A stretch of 64,000 nucleotides of DNA from an uncultured Candidatus Saccharibacteria bacterium (GTDB lineage Bacteria > Patescibacteriota > Minisyncoccia > Phycocordibacterales > UBA2100): positions 79,499-143,498 of the forward strand of contig CAYYEX010000003.1 of NCBI GenBank assembly GCA_964471165.1, written 5' to 3'. Below, piece after piece: positions 35,632 to 44,374 of this stretch. The position numbers and the translations under genes were made by a program. The notes beneath the pieces were generated by a model that saw nothing but the letters and a program-made list of their open reading frames with translations, made no database searches and was not told the origin of the DNA. How positions within the stretch are numbered: position 1 is the first letter of the stretch; each line of letters starts with the position of its first letter.

Positions 35632-36765
35632 TTAGCCCGTCCAGTTAAAGAGCATTATGGAGAAATCACCCAAATTCACGGTCCCATCGCCGTTGAAATC
35701 GCTCTGAATATCGTCGGTGTTCCATTTCAAGAGAAAGATTGAAAAGTCGACGAGGTTCACCTTGGTGTCACCGTTTAAGTCTGCGGTGCCCGTGTCGGCA
35801 AATGCCCCCTCACCTACGCTAAACGATATCGATTTTCCAAATCCAGATTGAATACCGCCATCTTGTTTAAAATACGCTTTCACCGAATGCAGTCCGTCGG
35901 TGAGGGATTTCGTGTCGACGCGAATTGCCCATGCGCCACTGGCGTCCGCTACTGCATTCAATGTAGTTTTTGTTTCCCCGCCAATCTCACTCGCCACGCT
36001 TGCTTTTGGCACCGTAAATCCAGAAACCGTCAGGGGGTCCCCTTTGGGAACCTGTCGTTCGGAGACCGCTATAGTTGGTGGAAAAAACACGTTTGCAACG
36101 GTGGAAACTGCGCTCTGCGCTACATCGAAAACGATTGAGGTCGTTATCGACTCAACTCCGTTTTGATCCTTTGCGGTAAATCCGAACGTTGCTGTGCCGG
36201 GCGTTATGTCGGTTGAGGAAAATTGAAAATCCGCATTCGTATCCGCAAGCGTCGTCCCCTTTACTTTGCCGTCGAGCAAAATATTTACCGTACTATTCGG
36301 ATATGCTTTGCCGCGCAAAACCACACGCGTCTGTGTTTCGGAAACGATGCCGCCGGGTGCTGCGCCTGGCACAAACGGGGTTGAGCCCACTGTCGGCGAA
36401 CCCGAAACGGTTGAGCCAGCAGGTGCGAGCGTGCGACAAGAAAGTGAACAGAGATCCGTTGATATTGTATTGCCATCGTCACACTGCTCTTCGAATCGAA
36501 CCTGCAGAACCCCATCTCCGCAGTATTCTGCAAATGATTGGCAACCAGAATTGCATTTTCTCTCCGCGGTTGTAGAACCGTAGCCACCCAGGTTCGTGCC
36601 GTCGTCACATACTTCCCCCACGCTCGTAAAGGCGTCACCGCACACGAGTAGCGTCACCGAAGTACTGATGTCATCTGCGGCAACACCCTGAATCATTGCG
36701 GCCAAGAGCATCGCTGACGCGATAATAATACCCGGGATGACGAGAGGTTTGTGTGTCGTTCTCAT
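35632..36765 (-). CDS. secreted protein with myxo-type cysteine-rich repeats (CxxDGxxxxxExCDDGN), an Ig-like domain and a C-terminal dockerin
   Basis: CGDAFTSVGEVCDDGTN and CGDGVLQVRFEEQCDDGNT repeats. C-terminal dockerin ADLNGDTKVNLVDFSIFLLKWNTDDIQSDFNGDGTVNLGDFSIMLFNWTG has the same FNWTG ending as the 11435 protein. Confidence 0.65.
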   Translation of the reverse strand: MRTTHKPLVIPGIIIASAMLLAAMIQGVAADDISTSVTLLVCGDAFTSVGEVCDDGTNLGGYGSTTAERKCNSGCQSFAEYCGDGVLQVRFEEQCDDGNTISTDLCSLSCRTLAPAGSTVSGSPTVGSTPFVPGAAPGGIVSETQTRVVLRGKAYPNSTVNILLDGKVKGTTLADTNADFQFSSTDITPGTATFGFTAKDQNGVESITTSIVFDVAQSAVSTVANVFFPPTIAVSERQVPKGDPLTVSGFTVPKASVASEIGGETKTTLNAVADASGAWAIRVDTKSLTDGLHSVKAYFKQDGGIQSGFGKSISFSVGEGAFADTGTADLNGDTKVNLVDFSIFLLKWNTDDIQSDFNGDGTVNLGDFSIMLFNWTG

Positions 36766-36774
36766 GAGGAGTAA

Positions 36775-37782
36775 CTACCGCACCCGTGAAGGTGGTGACT
36801 GATACCCGTTTCTGCGTGCGCGGGAACGTCTGCGGCGCAGCGCGATAAACATAAAGAGTCCAACCAGTATCAGAACTGGAATCAGTACGACTGCGGCAAC
36901 CTTAAGCTTGTCGCTCGTGGAGAGACCCGAGAACCCATACCCCGTGTAACCCTGCACGGCTCCGATAGTAGCGATACTCAGATTGACTTGATTCTGCTGT
37001 GCAATCTCTTCGTCTTCTCCCTTGTAGATTGTGTATTTAGCAGTGTAACGACCAGGAGCAAGACGCGTGGGCAACTCAGCAAGGATTTCTTTAATTGCAA
37101 ACGGTTCAATACGCTCCATTTTGTTTGTATTGTATGTTGTTTCAAGCAATCGTTCCGCCTCGGCATCGTAAATATCAAATTTAACTTTCGTCGGTCCGAA
37201 CACGGCGTTGCCTGTGTTCTCAACAGTCATAAAGAAACGGATTTTCGCTGGGAAAAACAAGCCCCATTTTCGTCGCCCTTCTTCAAGGTCTGATATTCGG
37301 ATGCGGCGCACAGTGAAATCATAAATCTTGTCGACGACTTTAATGTCAACGTCGATTTGTGCGCCGAGTGCAATCGAGACACCCTGCCCAGGTTGGGCAC
37401 CAGTGGAGGATGTGCGGATGCGGATGGTCCCCTGATGACGCGTGTATTCAGCATCCGCCGGCACAGTCACCGAGATTACAATCGGCACCTGTGTTTCTCC
37501 GGCAGGAAGTATGAACGTCGTTCCCCTGTCCACCGTGAACCACGACTCCACTCCAGGAATATTTAAGCTGAGCTCCGCCTTTTGATCATCGGTCGGATCC
37601 GAACGAACAATTGTAATGCGCTGTTGATACACCGTGCCTCTCGTCAGCCGGTCACTCTGTACATACGGCGGCGTAATACCAAAGCCTGCGCTGGCAATTT
37701 TCGGAGCAGAAAAAAACACAACGAATAGCAGCAGTACCGCAAAAGAGTGCAGTGCTAAGAGCCGCCACGGCAGTGACATCAT
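36775..37782 (-). CDS. DUF916/CscA-like membrane-anchored surface protein (335 aa), fourth paralog
   Basis: Signal peptide, an ectodomain with the block FFMTVENTGNAVFGPTKVKFDIYD...GRYTAKYTIYKGEDEE, a TM (AAVVLIPVLILVGLFMFIAL) and a basic tail. Confidence 0.5.
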   Translation of the reverse strand: MMSLPWRLLALHSFAVLLLFVVFFSAPKIASAGFGITPPYVQSDRLTRGTVYQQRITIVRSDPTDDQKAELSLNIPGVESWFTVDRGTTFILPAGETQVPIVISVTVPADAEYTRHQGTIRIRTSSTGAQPGQGVSIALGAQIDVDIKVVDKIYDFTVRRIRISDLEEGRRKWGLFFPAKIRFFMTVENTGNAVFGPTKVKFDIYDAEAERLLETTYNTNKMERIEPFAIKEILAELPTRLAPGRYTAKYTIYKGEDEEIAQQNQVNLSIATIGAVQGYTGYGFSGLSTSDKLKVAAVVLIPVLILVGLFMFIALRRRRSRARRNGYQSPPSRVR

Positions 37783-37860
37783 GGTCTCAATAGTATCACG
37801 GTCGCCTCCCAGAATGTCCAGCGAATACTGGATATTCGAGCGATTACACTACCCCAACTC

Positions 37861-39702
37861 TTACCAGTTCGACGGGTTGCTCTTTTTTGCCGTAATAGTG
37901 TCCTGACCACTGTAGTTACCAGAGAGCGTGATGGAGACTGGAATTGAGATACCGAAGTAGGCGTTTCTGCTTTGCGGCGAAGATGTCGCTGTGGTTTTCG
38001 GCACATTTATGAGTGCAGTGGTGGGCGTGGTCGACGAGGTAAGGACAGTTGCAGCGGCAAATGTAGAGAACGATGTAGATGCAACTCGCTGGTTGCCAAT
38101 GGCAATCTCGCTTGCCGTGTTAATGCCCCCTGCGTCGCAGCTATCCGGTGCGGTCCAGTTAGTACACATGGTGTCTCCGTAAATGTCTTCGTCGAGACCA
38201 ATGTTGCCGTAGGCAAAGAGTGTTGTCGTCGCGGTAACAGGGTCGTTCTGTTCACCTGGCTGCAACGAACCGAATGCAACCGCAGTTTGTGACACGTCGA
38301 ACGCGAGGAAACTACTAACCTCAACGGCGCCGATAGTCTGTTCGGTGAGCGCGCTCGAAGTCGCACCAATTGAGAGTGCGCCATCGTCTGTTGCACGAAC
38401 CGATGCGAGCCAGTTTTCTGCAGTGAATTGTGTTGTTGCGTCTGTTGGGTCTGCGTTGTACCACATTGCAAACGTACAGGTAACGGTGGCATCTGAGTCG
38501 GAATTGCCACTGCAACTGCCAGCATCCTGAGTACAGGTATAGAACGGTGTAAACAATGTGGAAGAAGCGGTGTAGCAGTTATTTGAGTTGTACTGGCCCG
38601 ACGAGAGGCAGCCCGATTGTGTAATGCCTGAACGATACACATTTATGAAATTGGCAGCTACCTCGTTTGTGGACGATGCGTTCACACAACTATTGTTGTC
38701 TACCACTGTAAACTTAACCTTGAATGGGCCCGACGTAGCGTTTGGTACCGTGAGTGTGAGCACACCGGTCGAGGTGGTGCTTTGATTGTAGTCGATGAGC
38801 GAAATCGTTGCTGCCGTTACCGATGGCGCTACGTTTTGAATCTGGAACACCGAAGCAGAACCCTGGAGTGTGGAGGTTGCAGCGAGGTTATTGTCGTCGA
38901 CGATATATGCAAACGCGTTGTAGAAGCGGTCTTGCTGTGGCACAGCAAACGGCGTGGTGCTCGCCGCGTTACTCGCAGCGAGGGTTGAGGTGGCATACGC
39001 GAGGCCGCCCGTACAGTTGCCGTTCGAGAATCCGGCGGTTCGACAGATTACCAATCGCACCTGGTCCGCTGAGCCGAGTGTATCGTTGTCATAGGAACCA
39101 GATGTCCAGGTAACGCTGCCGCCTGGATTAATTGGTCCGTTGTTTGAAATCGAATAGAACACTGGGATGTGGTTTATCACAAATGGCGAGACAGTAACCC
39201 CTGTTCCCTGTTTGGCAGCAACGTTACAGCGAGCGAGCGTTGCATTATTGTCGCAAATCCAGGCAAACCAGGCATTGCTCTCGTTATCGAACGGGGCAAC
39301 GTTTGTGGTAGTGGTTGCTGCGGTAGCCTGGGCGGCACTTGCAGTAAGCGATGAAACAGCCCACTGGTTAGCGCCGCCACCGTTACACGTTGGTGGTGCG
39401 CTGTTGACCGGCGTAGGTGCACTACCCGTTTTACAAATCAGGAGGTAGTAGCTGTCCCCGCTCGAGTCGGTGCCAGTCCCCACGAATGAAAGAACTGAAC
39501 CGGCGTTTGTTGGGGTTGAGGTTGAGGATTCTGTACTTTCCTCGGCATCAATCGTCCACGACGGCGCTGTATTGAGCACCGTTACTGATGTAGAAACGTC
39601 GTCTGCGCTCGCAACCGGCACGTTTACTTCGTAGAGCGTGACCACGCTCACGAGAACAAAACACGCCACAATCGACGTGAATATCGTTATTTTGCCTTCC
39701 AT
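37861..39702 (-). CDS. secreted surface protein (about 613 aa) sharing a ~450-aa C-terminal module with the >5424-aa giant protein
   Basis: The signal/anchor MEGKITIFTSIVACFVLVSVVTLY was chosen as the start (the ORF extends to 39768). Shared blocks are NNCYTASS...CT...YNADPTDATTQFTAENWLASVRATDDG and, at the C-terminus, RNAYFGISIPVSI. These are compared with NNCYKVPS...YFADPTDSGTTYSAENWLASVRVRDASG and DVYWGIAIPIP in the giant. Confidence 0.6.
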   Translation of the reverse strand: MEGKITIFTSIVACFVLVSVVTLYEVNVPVASADDVSTSVTVLNTAPSWTIDAEESTESSTSTPTNAGSVLSFVGTGTDSSGDSYYLLICKTGSAPTPVNSAPPTCNGGGANQWAVSSLTASAAQATAATTTTNVAPFDNESNAWFAWICDNNATLARCNVAAKQGTGVTVSPFVINHIPVFYSISNNGPINPGGSVTWTSGSYDNDTLGSADQVRLVICRTAGFSNGNCTGGLAYATSTLAASNAASTTPFAVPQQDRFYNAFAYIVDDNNLAATSTLQGSASVFQIQNVAPSVTAATISLIDYNQSTTSTGVLTLTVPNATSGPFKVKFTVVDNNSCVNASSTNEVAANFINVYRSGITQSGCLSSGQYNSNNCYTASSTLFTPFYTCTQDAGSCSGNSDSDATVTCTFAMWYNADPTDATTQFTAENWLASVRATDDGALSIGATSSALTEQTIGAVEVSSFLAFDVSQTAVAFGSLQPGEQNDPVTATTTLFAYGNIGLDEDIYGDTMCTNWTAPDSCDAGGINTASEIAIGNQRVASTSFSTFAAATVLTSSTTPTTALINVPKTTATSSPQSRNAYFGISIPVSITLSGNYSGQDTITAKKSNPSNW

Positions 39703-39870
39703 AGAGCGCGTGCGCTTCAGGAATACCGAGAAAGCCTTACTGTGCCTCCGAGAAAGATGTTCGGACATACCTTATGGCAAATCGTACCACTCCTCTCCTT
39801 GAATACGTGGATATGATGTGGATAAGTGCTGTTTTTTTGGCTTCGGACCTCACTTTTTTCCGACTGTGGA

Positions 39871-41079
39871 TTACTTATAGCGAATTGCGTCGAGTGGATT
39901 GATTTTTGCTGCTCGTCGGGCTGGAAAGAGCCCCGTAATGAACCCCACAATACCCGAAAACGAACAGATAAAGAGGAGAAACCAAAGCGGATATTTGAAC
40001 AAACTGACGGACTCTCCCCCGAATTTACTCGCGGCGACGGAGAGAAGTCCATTGAAAAACATCCCGATGCCTCCACCAATGAGGATGCCCACGACACCAC
40101 CCAAAAGGCCCACGATAACCGCCTCCGCCACGAAGAGGATAACGATGTCGGCGGAAGATGCGCCAATCGTACGCATAACGCCGATTTCGGCAGTGCGCTC
40201 AAGGAGTGTAACGGTCATGGTGTTGAACATGCCGATTGCGGAAACGGTCAGCGCGATGCCCCCGAACACAGCGAGTACCGCTTGAATACCTTGGAAGATT
40301 TTGTTTGCTTGTTCGACGGTCTTGGAGAGCGCCGTCACTGTGAATCCTTTCGCGATAATCGCGTCCTGCACTTCAGTGAGCGCCTTGCTATCGATTACTC
40401 GCACTTGTACACGGTCGAAGTACGGGATCCTGAAGTTGGATTCAAATTCATCGAGCGTGATAGCTGCAGCAAGGTTCCCCGCGTCAGACGTAACGCCCTT
40501 AATCTTGTACTGCTTCGGAAGCGTGACCTCTGTCACCTGGTCAGTCCCCTCATTGGGCACGAACACCCGGAACGTGAGCGTCTTGCCGAGAACCTCTTCC
40601 GGTTTTTCGACACCGAAAAGCTTGAGCATTGCGCTTGAGATGACGACGGCGTTGCGATCTTCCGCCGCATCGTCGTTAGTGAACAAGTCCCCAGCAGCAG
40701 CCTGTGTACCGGTGTACAGGAAGTACGACGGCGCGAGGCCCTGAATATTTGCGTTGCCGGTGAGCCCTTCATATGTCACGAGTGTCGGAAACGTGACGAC
40801 TCCAGAAACGTCTTTTACTGCCTCCATCGCCGCGAACGACTCAACCGTCGCTTTATCAAGTACCACTATTTTTGACGCTGGAAACGTTACATTCAATGAC
40901 AGCAAGGAGTCGCCGAGTACGATTTTGTCGAGAATAATACTTTGCAATCCGAAGCCCAGTCCCACGAGCGCGACAACCGCTCCAGTTCCCACACCCATGC
41001 CTAAAATCGTCAACCACGTACGAGACGGGTTCGTTTTGAACATACGAGTGGAGAGCATTGCAATATCGCCTATCTGCAT
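39871..41079 (-). CDS. ABC transporter permease, FtsX/MacB/LolCE family
   Basis: Four-TM FtsX-like topology with a large extracytoplasmic domain. C-terminal ...LFPARRAAKINPLDAIRYK. Abuts the ATPase gene. Confidence 0.7.
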   Translation of the reverse strand: MQIGDIAMLSTRMFKTNPSRTWLTILGMGVGTGAVVALVGLGFGLQSIILDKIVLGDSLLSLNVTFPASKIVVLDKATVESFAAMEAVKDVSGVVTFPTLVTYEGLTGNANIQGLAPSYFLYTGTQAAAGDLFTNDDAAEDRNAVVISSAMLKLFGVEKPEEVLGKTLTFRVFVPNEGTDQVTEVTLPKQYKIKGVTSDAGNLAAAITLDEFESNFRIPYFDRVQVRVIDSKALTEVQDAIIAKGFTVTALSKTVEQANKIFQGIQAVLAVFGGIALTVSAIGMFNTMTVTLLERTAEIGVMRTIGASSADIVILFVAEAVIVGLLGGVVGILIGGGIGMFFNGLLSVAASKFGGESVSLFKYPLWFLLFICSFSGIVGFITGLFPARRAAKINPLDAIRYK

Positions 41080-41080
41080 A

Positions 41081-42427
41081 TCATGTGTGACCTCCCTCGA
41101 GCTCGTTGGGAAGAATTATGTAACCACCCTGCGCAATCAACTTTTCCATGTGTACACCTATCATATATGCAACACGCTCCTCAATTTCGGCTCCACCGAG
41201 CTTTTTTTCGAGCAACAATCGCTCCGCAAATTGATCAGCATCAGTGATACCTCCCACACGATCAGCTACGCACTCTCGTAGTGTTTGATGCTGTTCCTGC
41301 GTGAGGTGGAATCCGACCTCCTCGTTCAAATAGGTGAGCAAACGCTCGACGAACTTCTGTTGGTGCATAAACGCATTGTCATTGCTCACCTCCTGACGGA
41401 AACGCTGCACATCGATAGAGTAGCGGATGAGACTAAATATTCGTCGCGACATTTCTGCGACCTCTTCCGGACGAATCCCGACGCCTCCATTGTGGAATGG
41501 CTTCGCTAAGTACTCAGAAAACATCTGTTCATTCATCGTGCCCTTGAGCACATACAGGATTCCCTTCTCGAGTCGCTCCAGCTGTGAGAAGCCGATAGAC
41601 TGCGTGACAAAATTCACCACACTCTTCACCTTGAGCTCCACTGGTTCGGCATACGGATACATGCGCGCGAGCTGCTCAATCTCGGTTACGATATTTTCAC
41701 CCGGCTTCACGTGCATAATCTGATCTTTCTCAGGATTCACGACGATGCGACGCAATCGTCCATCGCGCATGTAGAACACGCGGTGCGCATACGGCAGATA
41801 CTTCGCGTCGTGAGTCACGAGAATAACCGTTTTACGGTCCTTTTCGTTAATTTCTTTAAACGAATCCATCACGTGTTCGGCAGAAATTGAGTCAAGGTTA
41901 CCAACCGGCTCGTCGGCCAAAAGAATTTCTGGGTCGTTGATGAGCGCGCGCGCAACAGCCACACGCTGTTGCTGACCGCCAGACATGAGTGCCGGCAATT
42001 TGTTTTCCACGCGCTCCGGCACACCGAATCTGCGCAGCAACTTCGCGGCCCGCGCCCAACGTTCTTTCTGCTCGATTCCGAGAAAGAGCATTGGAAGCGC
42101 CACGTTGTCGAGCACATTCAATGACGCTATGAGGTTGAATTGCTGGTACACGATGCCAATCGTGGTTTGCTGGTAGCGATTGAGTTCCGCAGGCGTGTAC
42201 GCATAAATGTCTTCATTCTGGACAAGCATTTTACCGTCAGATGGCGGCACTCCGCCGAGCATCGTGTAGAGCAGCGTGGATTTGCCACAGCCGGAGGGCC
42301 CGAACAGAATGATGTACTCGCGCGGATAGATTTCTATATTGATGTCTTGGAGCGCTTTAAATTCATTCACTTGACCCTTGTTGTAGGTGATGTGCATGCC
42401 CTCCGTTCTGATAGATGTTTTTGCCAT
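41081..42427 (-). CDS. ABC transporter ATP-binding protein (MacB-like) with a ~220-aa C-terminal extension of unknown function
   Basis: Walker A GPSGCGKST, signature LSGGQQQRVAVARAL and Walker B LLADEPVGNLD. About 220 further residues follow that lack recognisable motifs. Confidence 0.75.
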   Translation of the reverse strand: MAKTSIRTEGMHITYNKGQVNEFKALQDINIEIYPREYIILFGPSGCGKSTLLYTMLGGVPPSDGKMLVQNEDIYAYTPAELNRYQQTTIGIVYQQFNLIASLNVLDNVALPMLFLGIEQKERWARAAKLLRRFGVPERVENKLPALMSGGQQQRVAVARALINDPEILLADEPVGNLDSISAEHVMDSFKEINEKDRKTVILVTHDAKYLPYAHRVFYMRDGRLRRIVVNPEKDQIMHVKPGENIVTEIEQLARMYPYAEPVELKVKSVVNFVTQSIGFSQLERLEKGILYVLKGTMNEQMFSEYLAKPFHNGGVGIRPEEVAEMSRRIFSLIRYSIDVQRFRQEVSNDNAFMHQQKFVERLLTYLNEEVGFHLTQEQHQTLRECVADRVGGITDADQFAERLLLEKKLGGAEIEERVAYMIGVHMEKLIAQGGYIILPNELEGGHT

Positions 42428-42428
42428 A

Positions 42429-43868
42429 CTATTTGCCGATGTTTTCCACCCAACCGAATGTGCCCTGGAAGTTCTGGAGAATGATGTCGATGATGCTCTT
42501 TTCCTTAATTGGTGTGATAAGCACGAAGTCTTCAGAACGCGATTCGTTCTGCCCCTCGTCGTTACAGATTACCCAGAACTGGTACACCGTCGCCGGAGTA
42601 AAGCCGACAATCACCTGCGTGTGTGCCGTGAGCGGATTTGTCTCTTTGAGCGTGAACTCAGCCCCATCGCTCCCTGTACCAGTCGAAAGCCCCTGCGAAT
42701 AGAACACTTGGCAGGTAGCAGGCTCGTCGGTCTCCCACGCAATGATGGTTTGGATTTTCACATCTTCCCCCGGAAAGAGTGTCGATTCGTTCTTCACCTT
42801 GGTGATTGCCGGAGCAATCACGTCACGGATTGTGATGAATTGAAACGGCTGACTCTCTGCATTGTCTCCGTCTTGGTTGGTGGTTCGCACTATTGCGGAA
42901 TAGCGCGTACCGAACTCCAAATCTGCAAGCAGCACGTTCTGCTGGGCCGCAAATACCGAGGAGCCCGCAACTTTTGTGAGCTTCGTGCGCGTGTTGGTGT
43001 ATTCCACAATTCCGCGGGCGAGTACTCCCCCCGTATCCCATGAGATTACGGCCGACTTTTCTTGGATGCGGGAGACTTTCACATTTCGCACCGAAGGCAA
43101 AATGGACTTCGTTTTGAAGGTGTCGTCCTCGCTTTCCCCCGTCAGCCCAGTGGAATCATCGGATACCACCTTGAAGTGGTACGTGGTTGACGGATCAAGT
43201 CCGATGACGTCAACAACGTGACGCGAAACTGCTTCGTTCGGGTCACCCTGCGCAATTGTGTAATCACTCGTACCGCCATTGAAATCACTCTCTGGCGCAA
43301 GATACACCATCGAGCTTGATTCACGATCCGTCGTCCACACGATAGTTGCAGTTGTCTGGTCAACAGTAACGCGAGGCAACCCCAGGATAGTCGGTGGCTT
43401 CAGGATGTCCCCCGCCGTTTCTTTGACCTGTTCGTTAATCTCGAGAATTGCCTCGGGCTCAGTGATTTTTTTGATGTCTTTAATGATTCGCTCCTTGATT
43501 TTCACCTGGTCGTCCTTGGTCGTAAAAACAAACCCAGCGGTCGTATTTTTGTTGCCATCTGCATCTGTTGAAACGACCCGGAAATGGTAGGTGGTGGCGG
43601 GCTCAAGGTTGTCGATAGTGAGCGAATGATCCTTCTTATCGAAGGCGCTATCGCGCACGGTACCGAAGCGTTCGTCGAGACCGAAGTTTATCGTGGCATC
43701 GGTATTTTTGTCGGTCGACCACGTGACTGTAGCCGAATCAGATTTTATGTCTGTTATCTTAACAGCTGAGATTTCCGCTGCGTACACACGCAACCCGAGC
43801 AATATCACAAAGGCGCCCACGATAACGATGCTTATGGTGCGCGTTCGCTCTTGAGAAAATGGATTCAT
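42429..43868 (-). CDS. membrane-anchored protein with three or four fibronectin type III-like domains
   Basis: Start chosen at MNPFSQERTRTISIVIVGAFVILLGL, the N-terminal TM. Repeated ATVTWSTD...TTYHFRVVS and TTYHFKVVS patterns are typical of Fn3 or purple-acid-phosphatase N-terminal-like domains. Confidence 0.55.
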   Translation of the reverse strand: MNPFSQERTRTISIVIVGAFVILLGLRVYAAEISAVKITDIKSDSATVTWSTDKNTDATINFGLDERFGTVRDSAFDKKDHSLTIDNLEPATTYHFRVVSTDADGNKNTTAGFVFTTKDDQVKIKERIIKDIKKITEPEAILEINEQVKETAGDILKPPTILGLPRVTVDQTTATIVWTTDRESSSMVYLAPESDFNGGTSDYTIAQGDPNEAVSRHVVDVIGLDPSTTYHFKVVSDDSTGLTGESEDDTFKTKSILPSVRNVKVSRIQEKSAVISWDTGGVLARGIVEYTNTRTKLTKVAGSSVFAAQQNVLLADLEFGTRYSAIVRTTNQDGDNAESQPFQFITIRDVIAPAITKVKNESTLFPGEDVKIQTIIAWETDEPATCQVFYSQGLSTGTGSDGAEFTLKETNPLTAHTQVIVGFTPATVYQFWVICNDEGQNESRSEDFVLITPIKEKSIIDIILQNFQGTFGWVENIGK

Positions 43869-43942
43869 AACAAAAAACAGTGCGCGTGGCACTGTTTAGT
43901 GTATCATCCGTCGGCTTCGATTTTTTTAAAGCTGCGGAAAAA

Positions 43943-44266
43943 TCAGGAGCGATGTGCGTTCCTGCGCATCCAAATCAAGATAAAAAATACTCCAAGAACG
44001 ATAATGGTGATTGCCAGCGGACTATAGAAGTAAAACGTGGATGGTCTGGTGCACGAAAGGTAGTCGGCGGTATTTCCATCACAAAATTTATCCGCCTGGA
44101 AACTTAAGAACCCGATGAGCGTCAGCGCGACGCCAACAAACAATCCCATATCGCGCGCGATCGTGGAGAGTGCGCGTGAGACAAAATCAAACAAAGAGTC
44201 TACTGCACGCATAAAACTGCCCGACTTCGGGGCTCGTTCGTGTCCATGCTCGTAGTGATCCTCCAT
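43943..44266 (-). CDS. small 2-TM membrane protein
   Basis: ORF with two hydrophobic helices. Confidence 0.4.
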   Translation of the reverse strand: MEDHYEHGHERAPKSGSFMRAVDSLFDFVSRALSTIARDMGLFVGVALTLIGFLSFQADKFCDGNTADYLSCTRPSTFYFYSPLAITIIVLGVFFILIWMRRNAHRS

Positions 44267-44374
44267 ACTGTCGTGCCATTGTACTCTATAGATTCTCCCT
44301 TGCCATCATCGTTTTCCCCTAACACATACCGCCGCAATCAGCGGCGGTAGCGGTGTCTCATATCGAACGCTATC

